DNA of 64,000 nucleotides from Thermoanaerobaculia bacterium (GTDB lineage Bacteria; Acidobacteriota; Thermoanaerobaculia; Gp7-AA8): NCBI GenBank assembly GCA_035688915.1, contig DASSMK010000346.1, positions 25,389 to 89,388 of the forward strand, read 5' to 3'. Shown piece by piece: positions 54,279 to 64,000 of this stretch (position 1 is its first letter; each line of letters starts with the position of its first letter). The notes under the pieces were generated by a model. It saw only the letters and a program-made list of their open reading frames with translations, ran no database searches and was not told where the DNA came from. The position numbers and the translations under genes were made by a program.

Positions 54279-55565
54279 GTGGCACCTCGGTTGCCCCTAT
54301 CGGCGCCCAGCGTGGACGTCCAACGACCCGATCTCGCCCATAAAAAGCGCAGGAGACGGCTTCTCCTTGCCGGCACCGTCACGGTGCTCGTCGCCGCCGC
54401 CATCTTCGGTCTGTTGCGTCTCGCGCCGGCGGCGGCGCCGGAGGTCGATGCTTCAGGGTTGTTCATCGACACGGTCAAACGTGGCTCGATGGTGCGGCAA
54501 GTGCGCGGGACGGGGACGCTCGTTCCCGAAGTCGTGCGCTGGATTCCGGCGGCGACCGAGGCGCGGGTCGAGAGGATTCTGCTGCGGCCGGGGAGCGTGT
54601 TGAAGGCTGACACGGTCATCCTCGAGCTGAGCAACCCGGAAGTCGAGCGGAGCGCGCGCGACGCGGAGCTGCAGCTCGGATTCGCGGTGGCGGAGCTGCG
54701 CAAGCGCGAGATCGAGCTGCAGAGCGCGATCCTTGCGCAGGAGGCCATCGCTGTCGGCGTCGACGCCGACCTTGGCGCAGCCAGAGCGCAGGCGGCGGTC
54801 GACGCGGAGCTCGCGCGCAACGGACTCACCTCCGCACTCAGCCAGAACTTGTCGGAGTCGCGTGCCGGACAGCTCGAAACGCGCAGTGCCATCGAAAAGA
54901 AACGGCTCGCCATTGCGCGTCAGGCGGCGGCGGCGGAACTGGAGATGCAGCGCGCGACGCTCGAGCAGAGGCGCGCGGAAAACGAGCTCCGGCAGCAGCA
55001 ACGTCGCGCGCTCGAGGTCCGTGCCGGCATGGACGGCGTGCTGCAGCAACTTCCCGTCGAGATTGGCCAGCGCGTCGCGGCCGGAGCGAACCTCGCGCGC
55101 ATAGCACAGCCGCAGCCGCTCAAGGCCGAGTTGCGCGTCGCCGAGACACAGGCTCGCGACATCGCGATCGGGCAGTCCGTCACCATCGACACGCGCAACG
55201 GCACGGCGCCAGGCCGCGTCACACGCATCGATCCTTCGGTGCAAAACGGAACCATTGGCATCGACGTCGCCTTCGCCGGTCCGCTGCCGAAAGGATCGCG
55301 GCCCGACCTCACCGTCGACGGCGTGATCGAGATCGAGCGCCTCGTCGACGTCCTCTACACCGGCCGGCCCGTGCAGGCCAGCGACAACACCAGCATCGGC
55401 CTCTTCAAACTCATCGCGGACGATGAAGCGGTGCAGACGCCCGTTGCCATCGGCCGCACTTCAGTCAACACCATGGAAGTTCGCTCCGGACTCAAACAAG
55501 GCGATCGGGTGATCCTCTCGGACATGTCCACCTGGAGCGAGCACCAACGTATCCGGCTCAGATAG
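54279..55565 (+). CDS. efflux membrane-fusion protein (HlyD/MacA-like periplasmic adaptor)
   Basis: TM anchor RRRRLLLAGTVTVLVAAAIFGLL, then a coiled-coil region (ELQLGFAVAELRKREIELQSAIL...RATLEQRRAENELRQQ) and a beta-barrel/MP domain. The start is uncertain: GTG at 54279 or 54312 within ORF 54051..55565. Confidence 0.65.
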   Translation: MAPRLPLSAPSVDVQRPDLAHKKRRRRLLLAGTVTVLVAAAIFGLLRLAPAAAPEVDASGLFIDTVKRGSMVRQVRGTGTLVPEVVRWIPAATEARVERILLRPGSVLKADTVILELSNPEVERSARDAELQLGFAVAELRKREIELQSAILAQEAIAVGVDADLGAARAQAAVDAELARNGLTSALSQNLSESRAGQLETRSAIEKKRLAIARQAAAAELEMQRATLEQRRAENELRQQQRRALEVRAGMDGVLQQLPVEIGQRVAAGANLARIAQPQPLKAELRVAETQARDIAIGQSVTIDTRNGTAPGRVTRIDPSVQNGTIGIDVAFAGPLPKGSRPDLTVDGVIEIERLVDVLYTGRPVQASDNTSIGLFKLIADDEAVQTPVAIGRTSVNTMEVRSGLKQGDRVILSDMSTWSEHQRIRLR

Positions 55566-55584
55566 GACGCAGATAGGAACAGGC

Positions 55585-56328
55585 ATGGGGCATTTGATTC
55601 ATCTCGAAGGACTGACCAAAGTCTTTTATACCGACGACATCGAGACGCATGCGCTCGACGGCGTGCATCTCGACATCGCCGAAGGAGAGTACGTCTCGAT
55701 CGCCGGCCCTTCCGGCTGCGGCAAATCGACGCTCCTCTCCATCCTCGGCCTGCTCGACACGCCGACAGCCGGCGAGTACATGCTGAACGGCACGCCGGTC
55801 ACGCAGCTGTCGGTGTTCGACCGCTCGTGCATCCGCAATCAGGAAGTCGGTTTCATTTTCCAGAGCTTCAATCTGATCGGCGATCTGAGCGTCGAGGAGA
55901 ACGTCGAGCTGCCGCTCACTTATCGAAAGACGCGCGCGGCCGAGCGGCGGGCGCTCGTGCAGCAGGCGCTCGAACGCGTCGGCATGGCGCACCGGATGAA
56001 GCACTATCCGGGACAGCTCAGCGGCGGGCAGCAGCAGCGCGTGGCGGTGGCGCGGGCGATCGTGGGGAATCCATCGATCGTGCTCGCGGACGAGCCGACG
56101 GGCAATCTCGATTCGCACAACGGCGAACGAGTGATGTCGCTGCTACGCGACCTGCATCGCGAAGGCGCGACGATCTGCATGGTCACGCACGATCCGCGCT
56201 ACGCGAAGCACGCCGATCGCCTGATCCATCTTTTCGACGGACGCATCGTCGAGGAAGAGCGCACGGCGGAGCACGAGCTGCGCGAGAGCAGTTTCGACGT
56301 GGAGGGAGCTCGCCGTGTTGTCTCCTAA
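55585..56328 (+). CDS. ABC transporter ATP-binding protein (MacB/LolD-like)
   Basis: Walker A GPSGCGKST, signature LSGGQQQRVAVARA, Walker B IVLADEPTGNLD and the H-loop MVTHD. Confidence 0.9.
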   Translation: MGHLIHLEGLTKVFYTDDIETHALDGVHLDIAEGEYVSIAGPSGCGKSTLLSILGLLDTPTAGEYMLNGTPVTQLSVFDRSCIRNQEVGFIFQSFNLIGDLSVEENVELPLTYRKTRAAERRALVQQALERVGMAHRMKHYPGQLSGGQQQRVAVARAIVGNPSIVLADEPTGNLDSHNGERVMSLLRDLHREGATICMVTHDPRYAKHADRLIHLFDGRIVEEERTAEHELRESSFDVEGARRVVS

Positions 56329-58798
56329 AGCGAAGGGCCGCAGCGCGTACCGCGGTCTGGGCTTCTCGACGCTCGACCTCAGACTCGCCGGTCGCATGCT
56401 GGTCAAACACCCTGCACTCACCGTGATCGGAACGATCGCCGTAGCCTTCGCGGTCGCCGTCGGCACCATCGCGTTCGAGATCGCGCGACAGGCGTTCTGG
56501 CCGACGATTCCGCTGCCGAACGGCAACGCGATCGTTGCGTTGCGGAACTGGAACGTCGCCGACAACGAGGCGGTCCCCGCATCGCGCCGTGATTACGAGC
56601 TATGGCGCGATGGTCTCAGTGCGATCGCCGATCTCAGCGCCGTCGCGATGGAAGAACGCAGCATCGCCGTCGGCACTGGACCCGGTCAGCCGGAGACCGT
56701 CGCCAGCGTCACCCCGTCCACCTTTGTGCTGACGCGCGTTCCGGCGTTGCTGGGACGCACGCTGCTCGAAGCCGATGAACGCGGCGACGCAGAAGAAGTT
56801 GCAGTCGTTGGATACGAGTTCTGGAAAAACAAATTGGACGGCGCTGCAGACGCCGTCGGCCGCGTCATTCGCATCAGCGGCACGCCGGTCACGATCGTCG
56901 GCGTGATGCCGCGCGGCTACGGATTTCCGCAGCGCAACGGCGTCTGGCGACCGTTGCATCTCGAGCGGATTGCCGACGCCTCGCCGAGCCTGTCGTATGT
57001 CGTGGGGCGGCTGGCGCCGGGCCACGCACGTGAGGAAGCAACCGCGCAGGTCGCGGCGATCGGCGCGCGCGCCGCGACGATGTTTCCGGAGACGCACAAA
57101 AATCTGCGCCCGCAAGTCCGCTCGCTGCCTGACGCGGTCGATCTCTGGCCGGAAAGAGCGACGGTGGTGCTCGCGTCGATCAACGTGTTCGTCGTGCTGT
57201 TGGCCGCGCTTTTGTGCGGCAACGTCGCCATGTTGTTGTTCGCTCGCGCCGTCAGTCGCGAGCGCGAGCTCCTCGTTCGCGCCGCACTGGGCGCCACGCG
57301 GGGGCGCCTGATCATGCAACTCTTTGCCGAGGCGCTGGTGCTCTGCGCGGTCGGTGCGGTGGTGGGTCTCGTGGTTGCGCGGTTCGTGCTCACGCGGACC
57401 TGGACGATGATCGAAGGGCAACTCGGTCCGTTGCCGTTTTGGATCGACACCTCGCTTTCGCCGGCGACGATTCTTTATGCCGTTGCGATGACGCTGTTCG
57501 CGGCGGCCATCGCGGGCGTCGTTCCCGCGCTCAAAGTGACGTCGGGTGGTGCTGGTGGCAGGCTCCGCGCCGCGTCAAACGGAGCCGGCGGGTTGCAGTT
57601 CGGCGGCGTCTGGACCGTCGTCATCGTCGCGCAGGTCGCGCTCACCACTGTTCTTCCAGTCCCGCTCCTCGGCGTGGGACGCGACGCCACACGACACACG
57701 CCCGCAGGATTCGCAGCCGAAGAATTTCTTACCGCCACGCTCGCCGTCGATCGCTTGGATGGCATCGCCGCGAGTGGCGACACGGCACCGGTGCGTGCGG
57801 CGCGGCTCGAAGCACGCTACCGCGCGCTCGCCGATCGCCTCCGGCAGGAGCCGGGCGTGCTGGACGTCACGTACGCCGATCAAATACCGGTGATGCGTCT
57901 TGGCTGGAAGCCGATCGAGTTGGACCCCGGTCCCGCCGCTGATCACGGTGAAGGCTGTGTACGTTGCGCCGCGTTCGTGTCGGTCGATCCTCGATTCTTC
58001 GACGTGGTCGGTGCACCCGTGCTCCGCGGCCGCGCGTTGACGACGGCGGATGCGGAAGCTGGGACGCGTGACGTGCTCGTGAACGAGTTTTTTGTCGCGC
58101 AGATCCTCGGCGGCCGGAATCCCATTGGCCGCCAGCTTCGCTTCTCCTCGGCGCGCGAACGCACCGCCGAGTCGTGGTATCGCATCGTCGGTGTCGTGCG
58201 CGATCTCGGCGTCAGCGACAACAACGGCGATTACGGCCGCGCGCGCATCTTTCAAGCCGCGCTGCCGCGTGTGACGGCGCCGCTTCGACTCGCCATTCAC
58301 GTTCACGGCGATCCGCAGCATTTTGTGTCTCGCCTCTACGAGCTTGCGCAGGCGATCGATCCCGCGCTGCGTGTCATCGATCCGAAACCGCTGCCCCGAC
58401 TGGCGGATACCACGAGTGCGTTCTGGCTGGAGCTCCTGGTCGGCTTCACAGGTGTGACGCTCATGTTGTCGCTCGCCGGCGTCTATGCGGTGACGGCCTT
58501 CGCCGTCGCCAGGCGAACGCGCGAGATCGGCGTCCGCGTCGCCCTCGGCGCGCAGCCGCGGCACGTCGTGACGTCCGTCTTCAAGCGTCCGCTCATTCAG
58601 GTTGCGATGGGCATTGGTGTTGGTGCGGTCCTGGCGCTCGCTGTCGCGAACAACGATCTCTCGGATGTGCATCTCGATGATTTCGGCCGGTCCGCGATCT
58701 TCGCGCTGTCGACGATCTTGTGCTGTGCACTCGCATGCATCGTCCCGACGCGACGGGCGCTTCGCATTCAGCCGACCGAGGCATTGCGGGACGAATAG
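56315..58798 (+). CDS. ABC transporter permease with duplicated FtsX-like domains (MacB-type)
   Basis: N-terminal LDLRLAGRMLVKHPALTVIGTIAVAFAVAVG and two FtsX-like four-helix regions (about residues 290-420 and 700-827). The GTG start overlaps the ATPase gene. Confidence 0.8.
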   Translation: MLSPKAKGRSAYRGLGFSTLDLRLAGRMLVKHPALTVIGTIAVAFAVAVGTIAFEIARQAFWPTIPLPNGNAIVALRNWNVADNEAVPASRRDYELWRDGLSAIADLSAVAMEERSIAVGTGPGQPETVASVTPSTFVLTRVPALLGRTLLEADERGDAEEVAVVGYEFWKNKLDGAADAVGRVIRISGTPVTIVGVMPRGYGFPQRNGVWRPLHLERIADASPSLSYVVGRLAPGHAREEATAQVAAIGARAATMFPETHKNLRPQVRSLPDAVDLWPERATVVLASINVFVVLLAALLCGNVAMLLFARAVSRERELLVRAALGATRGRLIMQLFAEALVLCAVGAVVGLVVARFVLTRTWTMIEGQLGPLPFWIDTSLSPATILYAVAMTLFAAAIAGVVPALKVTSGGAGGRLRAASNGAGGLQFGGVWTVVIVAQVALTTVLPVPLLGVGRDATRHTPAGFAAEEFLTATLAVDRLDGIAASGDTAPVRAARLEARYRALADRLRQEPGVLDVTYADQIPVMRLGWKPIELDPGPAADHGEGCVRCAAFVSVDPRFFDVVGAPVLRGRALTTADAEAGTRDVLVNEFFVAQILGGRNPIGRQLRFSSARERTAESWYRIVGVVRDLGVSDNNGDYGRARIFQAALPRVTAPLRLAIHVHGDPQHFVSRLYELAQAIDPALRVIDPKPLPRLADTTSAFWLELLVGFTGVTLMLSLAGVYAVTAFAVARRTREIGVRVALGAQPRHVVTSVFKRPLIQVAMGIGVGAVLALAVANNDLSDVHLDDFGRSAIFALSTILCCALACIVPTRRALRIQPTEALRDE

Positions 58799-58826
58799 CC
58801 GTGTGCCTTTCAGCGTGCGTGAGATC

Positions 58827-60203
58827 ATGGCCGGTCACGTGACTCCTACCCCGCGCGTTCTGGCCGCGGACGACCACCCGCACGTCCTTTCCGCGCTGAA
58901 GCTCCTGTTGCGCAGCGAAGGCTTCGAAGTCGAAACCGCCACGTCGCCGGCGGCCGCGTATCGCGCGGCGGAAACGGGCTCGTTCGACGTCGTGCTGATC
59001 GATCTGAACTACGCGCGCGATACGACCAGCGGCTCGGAAGGCCTGGAGCTGCTCGAGCGCCTGCACGCGTACGACGCGCTCCTGCCTGTGGTGGTGATGA
59101 CAGCCTGGGCCTCGGTTGATCTGGCCGTAGCTGCCATGCGTCTCGGCGCGCGCGACTTCGTTCAGAAGCCGTGGGAAAACGAAAAGTTGCTGGCGACGCT
59201 GCGCGCGCAGGTGGAGCTCGGACGTGCGCTGCGCCGCGGCCAGCGGCTGGAGGCGGAGAATCGGATTCTTCGCGGCGATGACCTCCAGCGGAACGCGATG
59301 ATCGCCGAGTCACGCGCCATGCGTCCGGTCCTGGAAAAGATCGAGCGCGTCGGCCCATCGGATGCCAGCGTGTTGATCACCGGCGAAAACGGCACGGGCA
59401 AAGGTGTCGTCGCTCGCGCGTTGCACGCAGCCTCACGCCGCGCCTCGCGGCCGCTCGTTTCGGTGAACGTCGGCGGCTTGGCGGAGTCGCTGTTCGAGTC
59501 AGAGCTGTTCGGTCACGTCAAAGGTGCGTTCACCGACGCCCGGCAGGATCGCGTCGGCCGCTTCGAGCTCGCCGACCTCGGCACGCTCTTCCTCGACGAG
59601 ATCGCGAACCTGCCGCTGGCGCAGCAAACCAAACTGCTGCGCGTGCTCGAGACGGGCGAGTTCGAGCGCGTCGGCTCCTCACAAACGCGCAAGACCAACG
59701 TGCGCCTGCTCTCCGCGACCAACGCACGGCTCGATGCGGAAGTGGAGAGCGGCAGCTTCCGCCAGGATCTCTACTTTCGTTTGCGCACGGTCGAGATTCA
59801 CGTTCCGCCGCTGCGCGACCGGCGCGAGGACATCCCCGCGCTGGCCATGCACTTCCTCGCCGCTCACGCGCGCCGGTACCGAAAAAACTCGAGCGGATTC
59901 GACGAGGCGGCGATGAAGACGCTGCTCGCACACGAGTGGCCGGGCAATGTCCGCGAGCTCGATCATGCCGTCGAAGGCGCGGTGCTGATGGCCAGGGGCT
60001 CGACGATTCGTGCCGCCGACCTCGGCCTCGTCGCCTCCTCCGAACGCGCTCCGCGCATGGAGGAGATGAGTCTCGAAGAGGTGGAGGTGCTGTTGATTCG
60101 CAAGGCGCTGGCGCGATGCGACGGCAGCGTGAGCAAGGCGGCCCAGGCGTTGGGGTTGAGCCGCAGCGCGATGTATCGACGCATGCAAAGGTATGGTCTC
60201 TGA
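58827..60203 (+). CDS. sigma54-dependent response regulator (NtrC family: REC, AAA+ sigma54-interaction domain, Fis-type HTH)
   Basis: REC VLAADDHPH...DVVLIDLNY. AAA+ motifs ITGENGTGKGVVARALH, ESELFGHVKGAFTDA and FLDEI. C-terminal HTH AAQALGLSRSAMYRRMQRYGL. Confidence 0.9.
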   Translation: MAGHVTPTPRVLAADDHPHVLSALKLLLRSEGFEVETATSPAAAYRAAETGSFDVVLIDLNYARDTTSGSEGLELLERLHAYDALLPVVVMTAWASVDLAVAAMRLGARDFVQKPWENEKLLATLRAQVELGRALRRGQRLEAENRILRGDDLQRNAMIAESRAMRPVLEKIERVGPSDASVLITGENGTGKGVVARALHAASRRASRPLVSVNVGGLAESLFESELFGHVKGAFTDARQDRVGRFELADLGTLFLDEIANLPLAQQTKLLRVLETGEFERVGSSQTRKTNVRLLSATNARLDAEVESGSFRQDLYFRLRTVEIHVPPLRDRREDIPALAMHFLAAHARRYRKNSSGFDEAAMKTLLAHEWPGNVRELDHAVEGAVLMARGSTIRAADLGLVASSERAPRMEEMSLEEVEVLLIRKALARCDGSVSKAAQALGLSRSAMYRRMQRYGL

Positions 60204-60254
60204 GTTGATGTTGCGCAGCGCCGCCTCGGGGTCGAGCACACCAGACGAGCAGCC

Positions 60255-61568
60255 ATGAAACGCCTCGAGCATCGCGTCGCCCGCGGCATCCTGGCCTCGC
60301 TCACGCCGCTGCTCCTGGCTGTGGCGTGGCTGCTGTTCGGCGAAGAACATTCGCCGGCGGCGCGGTGGACCCTCTCGATCGTGGCACTGCTCTCGGTCGG
60401 CCTCGTCATTGTTGTCGTGCGCAAGCAACTCGATCATCCGCTGCGCACGCTCGCCAATCTGATCTCCGCGATTCGCGAGGAAGACTACTCCGTTCGCGCG
60501 CGCAGCTCGTCGCGGAACGACGCCATGAGCGAAGTCGCGCGCGAGCTGAACCTCCTCGCGCGGATGCTGCGCGAGCGGCGACTTGGCGAGAGGGAATCGG
60601 CGGCGCTCGTTCGCGCAGTCCTCGAGCACATCGACTCCGCGATCTTCGCGTTCGACAAGAAGTGGCACCTCCGCCTCGCCAACCGCGCCGGTGAGCGTCT
60701 CCTCGGCCGTTCGGCAGAACAGCTCGCGGGCCGCTCCGCCGCCGATCTGGGACTGGGGGCGTTTCTCGCCGGTGCGGAGGCGCGCACCGCGGAAATCGTG
60801 CTGCCCGGCGGCCATGGCAAGTTTCAGATCCGGCGAACCACCTTTCGCGAGAATGGCGTGCCGCACGTGATGCTCTCGATGTCGGATCTGAGCAGGACGC
60901 TGCGCGAAGAAGAGCGACAGGCGTGGCAAAGACTGCTCCGCGTGTTGTCGCATGAGCTCAACAACTCGCTCGCGCCGATTCGATCGATCGCCGGCAGCCT
61001 GTCCTCAATTCTCGCGCGCGAGCCGTTGCCCGCGACGTGGGAGGAAGACGCACAACAAGGGCTGGAGGTGATCGGCGAGCGCGCGGCGGCGCTCACGCGT
61101 TTTGTGCAGGCCTATTCGCAACTGACGCGATTGCCGCAGCCGGATCTACGGCCGATGAACGTCGGCGAAACGGTGCGGCGCGTGGCCGGTCTGGAGACGC
61201 GGATCGCGGTGCGCGTTGAAGCCGGTCCGGACGTGACGATTCGCGCCGATGGCGATCAGATCGAACAGCTCCTGATCAATCTCGTGCGCAACGCCGTCGA
61301 CGCCCTGCTCGAAACCGCGGGAGAGGTGGCGATGTCTTGGAGCGCGACGGCGGACGCGGTGGAGATCAGCGTCATCGACGACGGCGCAGGAATCAGCGGC
61401 ACGGCGAACCTCTTCGTCCCTTTCTTCACCACGAAGCCGGGCGGCACCGGCATCGGACTGACGCTGGCGCGGCAGATTGCCGAGGCACACGACGGCGTGC
61501 TTACGCTCGCGAATCGCTCCGGCGCGGCGCGCGGCACGATCGCCACACTGCGCTTGCCGGCCGGCTGA
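60255..61568 (+). CDS. sensor histidine kinase (2 TM, HisKA, HATPase_c)
   Basis: TM helices at the N-terminus. H-box LLRVLSHELNNSLAPIRS, N-box QLLINLVRNAVDA, and G-boxes VIDDGAGI...GGTGIGLTLARQIAE. Confidence 0.85.
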   Translation: MKRLEHRVARGILASLTPLLLAVAWLLFGEEHSPAARWTLSIVALLSVGLVIVVVRKQLDHPLRTLANLISAIREEDYSVRARSSSRNDAMSEVARELNLLARMLRERRLGERESAALVRAVLEHIDSAIFAFDKKWHLRLANRAGERLLGRSAEQLAGRSAADLGLGAFLAGAEARTAEIVLPGGHGKFQIRRTTFRENGVPHVMLSMSDLSRTLREEERQAWQRLLRVLSHELNNSLAPIRSIAGSLSSILAREPLPATWEEDAQQGLEVIGERAAALTRFVQAYSQLTRLPQPDLRPMNVGETVRRVAGLETRIAVRVEAGPDVTIRADGDQIEQLLINLVRNAVDALLETAGEVAMSWSATADAVEISVIDDGAGISGTANLFVPFFTTKPGGTGIGLTLARQIAEAHDGVLTLANRSGAARGTIATLRLPAG

Positions 61569-61616
61569 ACCATTCGGTCAGATCGGGGGCCGCCTCAATG
61601 AGGCGGCCCCGCACAA

Positions 61617-64000
61617 TTAGAAGCCGCTCTTTGAGGTGGCCACGAGCGAGCAGAGCCCGCTGACGGTGTAGCCGAGGGCGTCGGTGGCGCCCACTACGGC
61701 GAGGGAAAGGCCGCCACTCTCGTCAACGATGGCGCTCAGCCGGCCCAATTTGAAAAGGCCTGGCACTGCATAAGTCACGTTCGCGGCGATCACGAGATTC
61801 TGTGCGGAAAGGCACGCCATCAGCGCGGCCAGACTTTCGCAGATTGCGTAAAAGAAGGCTACGAGAACGCCGCCGTCGCCATAGTTTTCCGGAATGATGT
61901 TGGCGGTCGCGAGAAAGATCGCATCGAGAAGCACGCCGAGGGCTTGAACGATCCAGAGCCATCTTGCGCGTTCGACAGGCGTCGAACACTGCAGCGAGCC
62001 TGAAGACGACAGCCACGGGATCGAGCAGGCTTGTGAAACGAGCTCGAATACGAATGCGGCGATGGATAACACCACTTGAAGCTCCTCGGTTGGACTGCGG
62101 ACGCCCACCGGGGGCTTGGACTCCGTCGGAATGATGTCGAGAACGGCGCTCACCCATCCATAAATGATTGTGAAGACAGAGCTGAACAGGCTCAAGAGAT
62201 AGGCGGAGCGAGCGGAGAGCGGGAGACCTGTGGACTCGAGCAGTGCGACTCCGGCGGCGCCGTCTTCGTTCGTCGTACCACCCAGGCCGCTGGCCGCAAG
62301 AATCGCTTGCGCGTCGAACGAGGTCACAAACGCCGTCAGAGACTCCGCATCAGGGAACGGTGCGCTCTTCGTGGCGACATTACAGAGGATAGTGGCCGGC
62401 ACAGCGCCCATCAACGCGATCAGATTGATCATCGTCAACGGCTGTCCGTTTGTGATTTTCGAATAGAGCGCCGTGAGGAACGGGATGTTCCACTGCGTCG
62501 TCAACAGCTGCTGCATCGCCTGCAAAATCGATTGCACCAGTTGAAGAAGCGCGTCGATGAGCGCCTGCACGCCCGAGATCACCACGAGCGCCACCCCTTG
62601 GGCAATCTTCAGCAGGCCAGCGAGCAATTGGGAAAACAGATTATCGACGCTTCCGCTGATGTTCTTGAAGTAGGCCAGCGCCTCCTGAAAGGCCTGTGTG
62701 GCTCCTGCATCCGTCACGAAGCTCGATACTTCACTGAGGAAACTTTCGAATTGCTGCATGATCGACGGCGGCAGCATGACCGGAGGCGCTGCGGACGAAG
62801 GGCCGTTATCGACCAGACCGTTGTAGATGATGTTGTTGGCGAGCGACGCATTCGTCAACGCAGTAGCGGCCGCCGGCAGCGCCTCTTCGTTCATTGCCGC
62901 ATAGCCGCCGATCGTCGCGTTTCCGGCGACGGTGTCGACGGCCCAATTGAACAACTTCTCAATGTTGTTCTGTGTGAGATTTTGAAACGCGCTGTCCAGG
63001 CGCGACTGGATCCCGCCGACTGCCTGCGGAAGAAAGAGCAGGAACTGCTCGACGGTATACGCAATCGCCTGCTGCGTCCGCAACATGTTCGGCCAGTCGA
63101 AAACGAATCCGAGCCATTGGAAAAGGTCTTTGTATTCCACGCCGACGCGCGCAAAGAACGACTGCACCGCGTCGAAGGCCTCCTCAATGACAGTAATGAC
63201 GGCGTTGTAGACGTACGCGACGCCATCGAGCACGAAAGTGAACGCCACTTGGATGCCCTCTGCGATCGCAATGAAGGTGGCCGTGGTGATGTCAATGATG
63301 TCTTCCGCTACACCGACCACAAAGTCGCCGATCGTGCTCAGCCAGGTGAGCAGTGACGACGACGCCAACGTCTTCTGTTGTTCGTCAATGAGAGCCGCCG
63401 CAGCCTCGGCGGTCAGCGTTTCGTAGCGAACCGTATTGTTCTCGAACGACACTCTCCAGCTCTGTGCATTGCGCGGACGAATGCGGCCGAGGGATGCCGC
63501 AGGCGTATTGCGACAGAGCCACGCGCCGCGCTGCGGACTGCGACGCAATACAAATTCGGTGGCACCGTCAGGCGTCCCGTCGAAATTCATGCATGCGTTC
63601 ACCGCCATGGCCAGCTGTGTTGTCGCCTCGGTCGTCCGGTATGTATCCGGAAGCAGATAGCCGCCATTGAGAGTCTTCGCGTTCATGAGATCGGCGCCGG
63701 TCACTGTGGCGAGCGTCTGCTGCGTTCCCGCGGTCTGATCGATCGCGATCGACGTCCCCGGCGTCATGAACGGAACCGATATCTGCAGCATGGGAACGCC
63801 GAGGGTGGTGGTCTGTTGCACGAGCGAAAGCATGCTGGCGCCATTGGTCGACACTTGCGCCGGCGTCGTCGGATCAATGAAGTACACCGCGCCATTGATC
63901 ATCACCTCGGCTTGTTCACTGACGGCGACGGTTACCGGCGTATGTGGCAGCGGCGCGCCGAGAGTGTCGGCGAACGTGACGTCGGTCGAATAAGAGATGA
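61617..64000 (-). CDS. large membrane protein of unknown function, N-terminally truncated by the window edge
   Basis: The minus-strand frame stays open from 64000 through the first in-window start at 63905. Internal repeats are Ala/Gly/Thr-rich. The C-terminal third has several hydrophobic helices (SLFSSVFTIIYGWVSAVL, VVLSIAAFVFELV, WLWIVQALGVLLDAIFL). Confidence 0.6.
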   Translation of the reverse strand, partial: ISYSTDVTFADTLGAPLPHTPVTVAVSEQAEVMINGAVYFIDPTTPAQVSTNGASMLSLVQQTTTLGVPMLQISVPFMTPGTSIAIDQTAGTQQTLATVTGADLMNAKTLNGGYLLPDTYRTTEATTQLAMAVNACMNFDGTPDGATEFVLRRSPQRGAWLCRNTPAASLGRIRPRNAQSWRVSFENNTVRYETLTAEAAAALIDEQQKTLASSSLLTWLSTIGDFVVGVAEDIIDITTATFIAIAEGIQVAFTFVLDGVAYVYNAVITVIEEAFDAVQSFFARVGVEYKDLFQWLGFVFDWPNMLRTQQAIAYTVEQFLLFLPQAVGGIQSRLDSAFQNLTQNNIEKLFNWAVDTVAGNATIGGYAAMNEEALPAAATALTNASLANNIIYNGLVDNGPSSAAPPVMLPPSIMQQFESFLSEVSSFVTDAGATQAFQEALAYFKNISGSVDNLFSQLLAGLLKIAQGVALVVISGVQALIDALLQLVQSILQAMQQLLTTQWNIPFLTALYSKITNGQPLTMINLIALMGAVPATILCNVATKSAPFPDAESLTAFVTSFDAQAILAASGLGGTTNEDGAAGVALLESTGLPLSARSAYLLSLFSSVFTIIYGWVSAVLDIIPTESKPPVGVRSPTEELQVVLSIAAFVFELVSQACSIPWLSSSGSLQCSTPVERARWLWIVQALGVLLDAIFLATANIIPENYGDGGVLVAFFYAICESLAALMACLSAQNLVIAANVTYAVPGLFKLGRLSAIVDESGGLSLAVVGATDALGYTVSGLCSLVATSKSGF

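Noticed and set aside
54255-54344. ATG at 54255 with a GGAG 10 nt upstream as the start of the membrane-fusion protein
   Set aside because: It is out of frame with the long HlyD-like ORF, and that reading frame gives an Arg/Gly-rich junk peptide. A GTG start at 54279 or 54312 in the ORF frame is preferred.
1-64000. CRISPR arrays and rRNA genes
   Set aside because: No regularly spaced direct repeats of 25-40 bp and no rRNA-like conserved segments were seen on reading through the window.

Overview
This is a 64-kb window of visibly high-GC bacterial DNA, densely coding and with no rRNA or CRISPR arrays. Most of it reads as an accessory island of mobile-element origin carrying defense genes.

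Major contents, from left to right:
- A truncated left-edge gene, then two paralogous small tyrosine recombinases (892-1494 and 4939-5586, both minus strand). Each is followed by the same ATTGACG-N9-AAAAGCG motif. A 3-4 gene cargo sits between them, including a tandem pair with a degenerate and an intact HEAGH metallopeptidase motif.
- A SARP/AfsR-like regulator (wHTH, NB-ARC, TPR; 6380-8953).
- The most unusual feature: a six-gene, translationally coupled minus-strand operon (21307 to 10640). It encodes a cysteine desulfurase, a DUF4007-like protein, an 1142-aa P-loop ATPase and a PAPS-reductase-like PP-loop enzyme, which together match the SspABCD-type DNA phosphorothioation architecture. 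Instead of the known SspE-type partner it ends with two unusual genes. One is a hybrid protein with an N-terminal MORC/Hsp90-type GHKL ATPase and a full C-terminal histidine-kinase core. The other is a 631-aa protein with an atypical receiver-like N-terminus and an uncharacterised C-terminal domain.
- A replication and transfer module: two tandem SSB paralogs, a zinc-ribbon protein, a two-HKD PLD-family protein, an AEP/RepB'-like primase-polymerase and a TraD/HerA-like ATPase.
- Three additional STAND-type or protease systems: an Mrr-nuclease/STAND/TPR Avs-like protein (26497-29748), a TPR-CHAT protease with a downstream beta-rich partner (36581-40590), and a CHAT/NB-ARC/TPR protein (45020-48946).
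- Two convergent 'enzyme plus STAND NTPase' gene pairs: carbamoyltransferase with the Avs-like protein, and an ATP-grasp ligase with a P-loop STAND-like protein. All four genes carry the same 17-bp AT-rich palindrome, GATAAYT-N3-AATTATC, 12-18 bp upstream of the start codon.
- A tRNA 3'-end fragment (T-arm, acceptor, CCA; about 49181-49224) inside a repeat-rich 680-bp non-coding stretch, which is a candidate island junction.
- At the right end: a MacAB-like efflux system, a sigma54-type two-component system, and a large membrane protein that runs off the window edge.
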